DNA of 64,000 bases from positions 2,336,001 to 2,400,000 of the forward strand of contig CAWKMU010000003.1 of NCBI GenBank assembly GCA_963850905.1, given 5' to 3'. How positions within the stretch are numbered: position 1 is the stretch's first letter; the number at the start of each line of letters is the position of its first letter. The notes under the pieces are model-generated. The model did no database searches. It was not told the origin of the DNA and saw nothing but the letters and a program-made list of their open reading frames with translations. Source of the DNA: an uncultured Gemmatimonadales bacterium (lineage in GTDB: Bacteria; Gemmatimonadota; Gemmatimonadetes; Gemmatimonadales; Gemmatimonadaceae). The position numbers and the translations under genes were made by a program. Of this stretch, positions 60,226-64,000 are shown in pieces.

Positions 60226-61293
60226 ATGGCACAAACAATCGACCTTCGGGGTCTCGTCCGCCCGCAGCTCGTAGAAGCGACCAAGCGCGAGGACAATCCC
60301 AACGTCGCCGAGTTTCGGCTGCAACCCCTCGAGCGAGGCTTCGGCCACACGCTCGGCAATGCGATGCGGCGCATGCTGCTGTCATCGCTGCGGGGATCCG
60401 CGATCTGGGCATTCCGGATCGACGGGGTCGTGCATGAGCACCAGACGATCCCGGGTGTCGTCGAGGACGTGCACCAGATCATCGGGAACCTCAAGACGCT
60501 CACGCTCAGCCTCGAAGACGGACTCGAGGATGCGCTGCTCCGCATTCAGAAGACCGGCCCCGGCGCGGTCACCGCGGCTGACATCGCACTGGGCTCCGGC
60601 GTGCGGATCATCAATCCGCAACACCACCTGTTCACGCTGCAGGACGATCGCGAGATCCACATGGACCTCTACGCGAAGCAGGGACGGGGATACACGGAAG
60701 CCGACCAGCACGTGCTCGAGCGCGGCATGCCGATCGACGTCGTCCGGATCGATGCGATCTACAATCCCGTGCGGCGAGCCAACTTCGCCGTTGCGGAGAC
60801 GCGTGTCGGTCAGCGCACGGACTACGATCGTCTGACGCTGACGGTCGAGACCAACGGCACGATCACGCCGGAAGAGGCGGTCAGCTACGCTGCCGCACTC
60901 GCGCAGACGCACTTCCAGTACTTCGTCGGGTTCGGTTCGCACGTGTCCGCGCCGGTAACGCCAGGTGGCGAGACCGCGGGCGGGGACTCGGTGCGGCTGG
61001 CCGAGCTCCAGACGCCGATCGACGATCTCGAGTTGTCGGTGCGGTCGGTCAACTCGCTCAAGAATTCGAACATTCGGTCGCTCGGTGACCTGGTTCGCCA
61101 GACGGAAAGCCAGATCCTTCAGGTCAAGAACTTCGGCAAGAAGTCGTTGCAGGAGATCGCGGACCTGCTCGAGCGCAAAGGACTCAACTTTGGCATGCGG
61201 TACGAGGAAAGCCCCGACGGTGTGCGGATCCTCGATTGGGGCACGCCGCCCAGCCGGGCGGCGGCGAACGCACCGGATGACGAAGACGAGTAG
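60226..61293 (+). CDS. rpoA: RNA polymerase alpha subunit
   Basis: PLERGFGHTLGN, RVGQRTDYD, LELSVRSVNSLK, NFGKKSL. Confidence 0.99.
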   Translation: MAQTIDLRGLVRPQLVEATKREDNPNVAEFRLQPLERGFGHTLGNAMRRMLLSSLRGSAIWAFRIDGVVHEHQTIPGVVEDVHQIIGNLKTLTLSLEDGLEDALLRIQKTGPGAVTAADIALGSGVRIINPQHHLFTLQDDREIHMDLYAKQGRGYTEADQHVLERGMPIDVVRIDAIYNPVRRANFAVAETRVGQRTDYDRLTLTVETNGTITPEEAVSYAAALAQTHFQYFVGFGSHVSAPVTPGGETAGGDSVRLAELQTPIDDLELSVRSVNSLKNSNIRSLGDLVRQTESQILQVKNFGKKSLQEIADLLERKGLNFGMRYEESPDGVRILDWGTPPSRAAANAPDDEDE

Positions 61294-61302
61294 GGAGATC
61301 CT

Positions 61303-61773
61303 GTGACGCACCATCGAAAGGCCGGCCGTCAACTCCGGCGGACGAGCGAACAGCGCCTCGCCTTGATGCGCAACCTGGCGATCTCATTGATCGAGCACGG
61401 TGCCATCGAGACGACGGAGGCCAAGGCGAAAGAGCTCCGACCATTCGTCGAGAAGCTCATCACCAAGGCGAAGCGCGGGACGCTCCACGCACGCCGATTG
61501 GCGGCGCGCGACGTGCACGTCCGTCGGACGGCCGACACCCTGTTTAAGGAAGTCGGACCGGCGTTCGCCACCCGCACCGGCGGCTACACGCGCATTCTGC
61601 GGACCGGCCACCGGAAGGGCGATGGCGCCGACATGGCGCGCATCGAGTTGATCGACATCGTGACGGCCGACGGATCCGGCGGCAAGTCGAGTGGGTCCAA
61701 GGCGGCCGCGAAGAAGCAACCCAAGGCCGCCAAGGCCGCTTCCAAGAGCGCAGCGAAAGGGGCCAAATCATGA
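61303..61773 (+). CDS. rplQ: 50S ribosomal protein L17 with an Ala/Lys-rich tail
   Basis: IETTEAKAKELR, GGYTRI, RKGDGA. Confidence 0.98.
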   Translation: MTHHRKAGRQLRRTSEQRLALMRNLAISLIEHGAIETTEAKAKELRPFVEKLITKAKRGTLHARRLAARDVHVRRTADTLFKEVGPAFATRTGGYTRILRTGHRKGDGADMARIELIDIVTADGSGGKSSGSKAAAKKQPKAAKAASKSAAKGAKS

Positions 61774-61997
61774 AGCGCACGATCGCGCGGAATAAGTGCT
61801 ACGTGTGTGACCGCGGCGTATCGTTCGGGAATAACGTCTCGCACGCGAACAACAAGACGCGGCGAGTCTGGAAGCCGAACCTGCAAGTTGTCCGCGTCGT
61901 GCACGAGGGGACGATCACGAAAGTGCGGGTGTGCACGCGGTGTCTGCACGCTGGCAAAATCCAGCGTGCCCCGCGTGGTGGAGCGCGAGTGGCGTAG
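61770..61997 (+). CDS. rpmB: 50S ribosomal protein L28
   Basis: CYVC..GNNVSHANNKTRRVWKPNLQ..VCTRC. Confidence 0.96.
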   Translation: MKRTIARNKCYVCDRGVSFGNNVSHANNKTRRVWKPNLQVVRVVHEGTITKVRVCTRCLHAGKIQRAPRGGARVA

Positions 61998-62002
61998 GAG
62001 CA

Positions 62003-62972
<970 letters not shown>

Positions 62973-63007
62973 CTGGATGACCCCGAACCCTGGAGGGGCG
63001 GACTGAC

Positions 63008-63998
63008 ATGCGCGCGCTCGTGACTGGCGCGGCCGGTTTCGTCGGCCAGTGGCTCGTTCGCGCTCTCCTGGACGCCGGCCACGACGTCACCGGCCTCACG
63101 CCCGTCGATCCGACTGCCGCGGCCGCGCTTGCTGTCGACCGACGAGCAGGCCGCCGTGGATTGGGTTCTGGGCGACGTTCGCCGCATCGACGATATCCGC
63201 CGGGCCCTCGACGTCGGCGCCCCCGACTCGGTATTCCACCTGGCTGGGATCAGCTCCGTCCCCGGCGCGAGCGGCGACCCCGGCGCAGCGGCCGAGGTCA
63301 ACGTCGTAGGGGCCGCACAGCTCCTGGGTGAGATCCGCGTCCGACGGCGAGTCGGCGTGCTCGACCCGGCTGTGCTCATCGTCGGCAGCGCCGAGCAGTA
63401 CGGACGACACGACAAGAGCGATCTGCCGCTCGAGGAGACGGCGGAGCAGCGCCCGCTCACCGTGTATGCGGCCACCAAGGCGGCGCAGGAGATCATCGCC
63501 CTGGAGGCGTTCCGCAGCGAAGGCGTCCGCGTCATCGCGACCCGCAGCTTCAATCACAGTGGACCGGGCCAGTCGGGAGCCTTCCTCCTGCCGGCCCTCG
63601 TCCGCCGCGCGCTCGCCATCCGGTCGAGCAGTGGCGACCGCCGCGCCGCGTTGGCGCTCGGGAACGCGACGTCGACGCGCGATTTCCTGCACGTCGCGGA
63701 CGTGACGCAAGCGTATATTGCGTTGGCAGCGCGCGGGCGCGCAGGAGAGGTCTACAACGTGTCGAGTGGCGTCGGGGTATCGGTCAAGGAGCTAGCCGTC
63801 CAGGTCCTGGCGGCGACGGGCGTCAAGGCGCCGTTGACGACTGATCCCTCGCTCACGCGGACCGTGGACGTGCCGGCCCTCGTCGGCAACAACGCGCGCC
63901 TCCGTGATGCCACGGGCTGGGAGCCGGAAAAGACCGTGCGCGACCTCATCGAGGACCTCGTGACCTACTGGGCGGCGCGTCCCACGGCGCAGGTGTGA
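63008..63998 (+). CDS. NAD-dependent epimerase/reductase (Rmd-like), frameshift near 63130
   Basis: VTGAAGFVG, GSAEQYG, YAATK, RSFNHSGPGQ, RDFLHV. Confidence 0.88.
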
Positions 63999-64000
63999 CA

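Overview
GC-rich bacterial chromosome segment. The gene content and protein style suggest Gemmatimonadota, which is an inference from recall and not a search result. It carries many single-base indels that look like long-read errors. Left to right: a BNR/VPS10-type secreted protein cut by the left edge, a DUF3830 gene, two two-component pairs, tonB-exbB-exbD-exbD plus a Pro/Gly-rich TonB-like gene, two APC permeases around a K+-independent H+-PPase, an amino-sugar/peptidoglycan salvage cluster (BadF-type kinase, two SSS symporters, NamZ), inositol-phospholipid genes, 2-oxoacid dehydrogenase E1a/E1b/E2, PHP/SDR/trxB/MBL genes, aspA/fumC and an Rrf2 regulator. Next comes a SusC/SusD locus followed by two apparently exported M55 D-aminopeptidases, two alpha-amino-acid-ester-hydrolase-like CocE/NonD enzymes and an erythromycin-esterase-like protein; this is the best candidate for an undescribed system, possibly D-peptide or antibiotic scavenging. 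The window ends with an ATP-grasp-like orphan, tRNA-Leu(CAG), smpB, an amidase, pyrD/pyrF, a stand-alone rpmJ-rpsM-rpsK-rpsD-rpoA-rplQ-rpmB block, gmd and an epimerase. Intergenic DNA is dense with GTAG-type REP hairpins, often nested inside heptamer-repeat inverted arms bounded by AACGGCGGG...CCCGCCGTT. No CRISPR array, integrase or transposase was seen.
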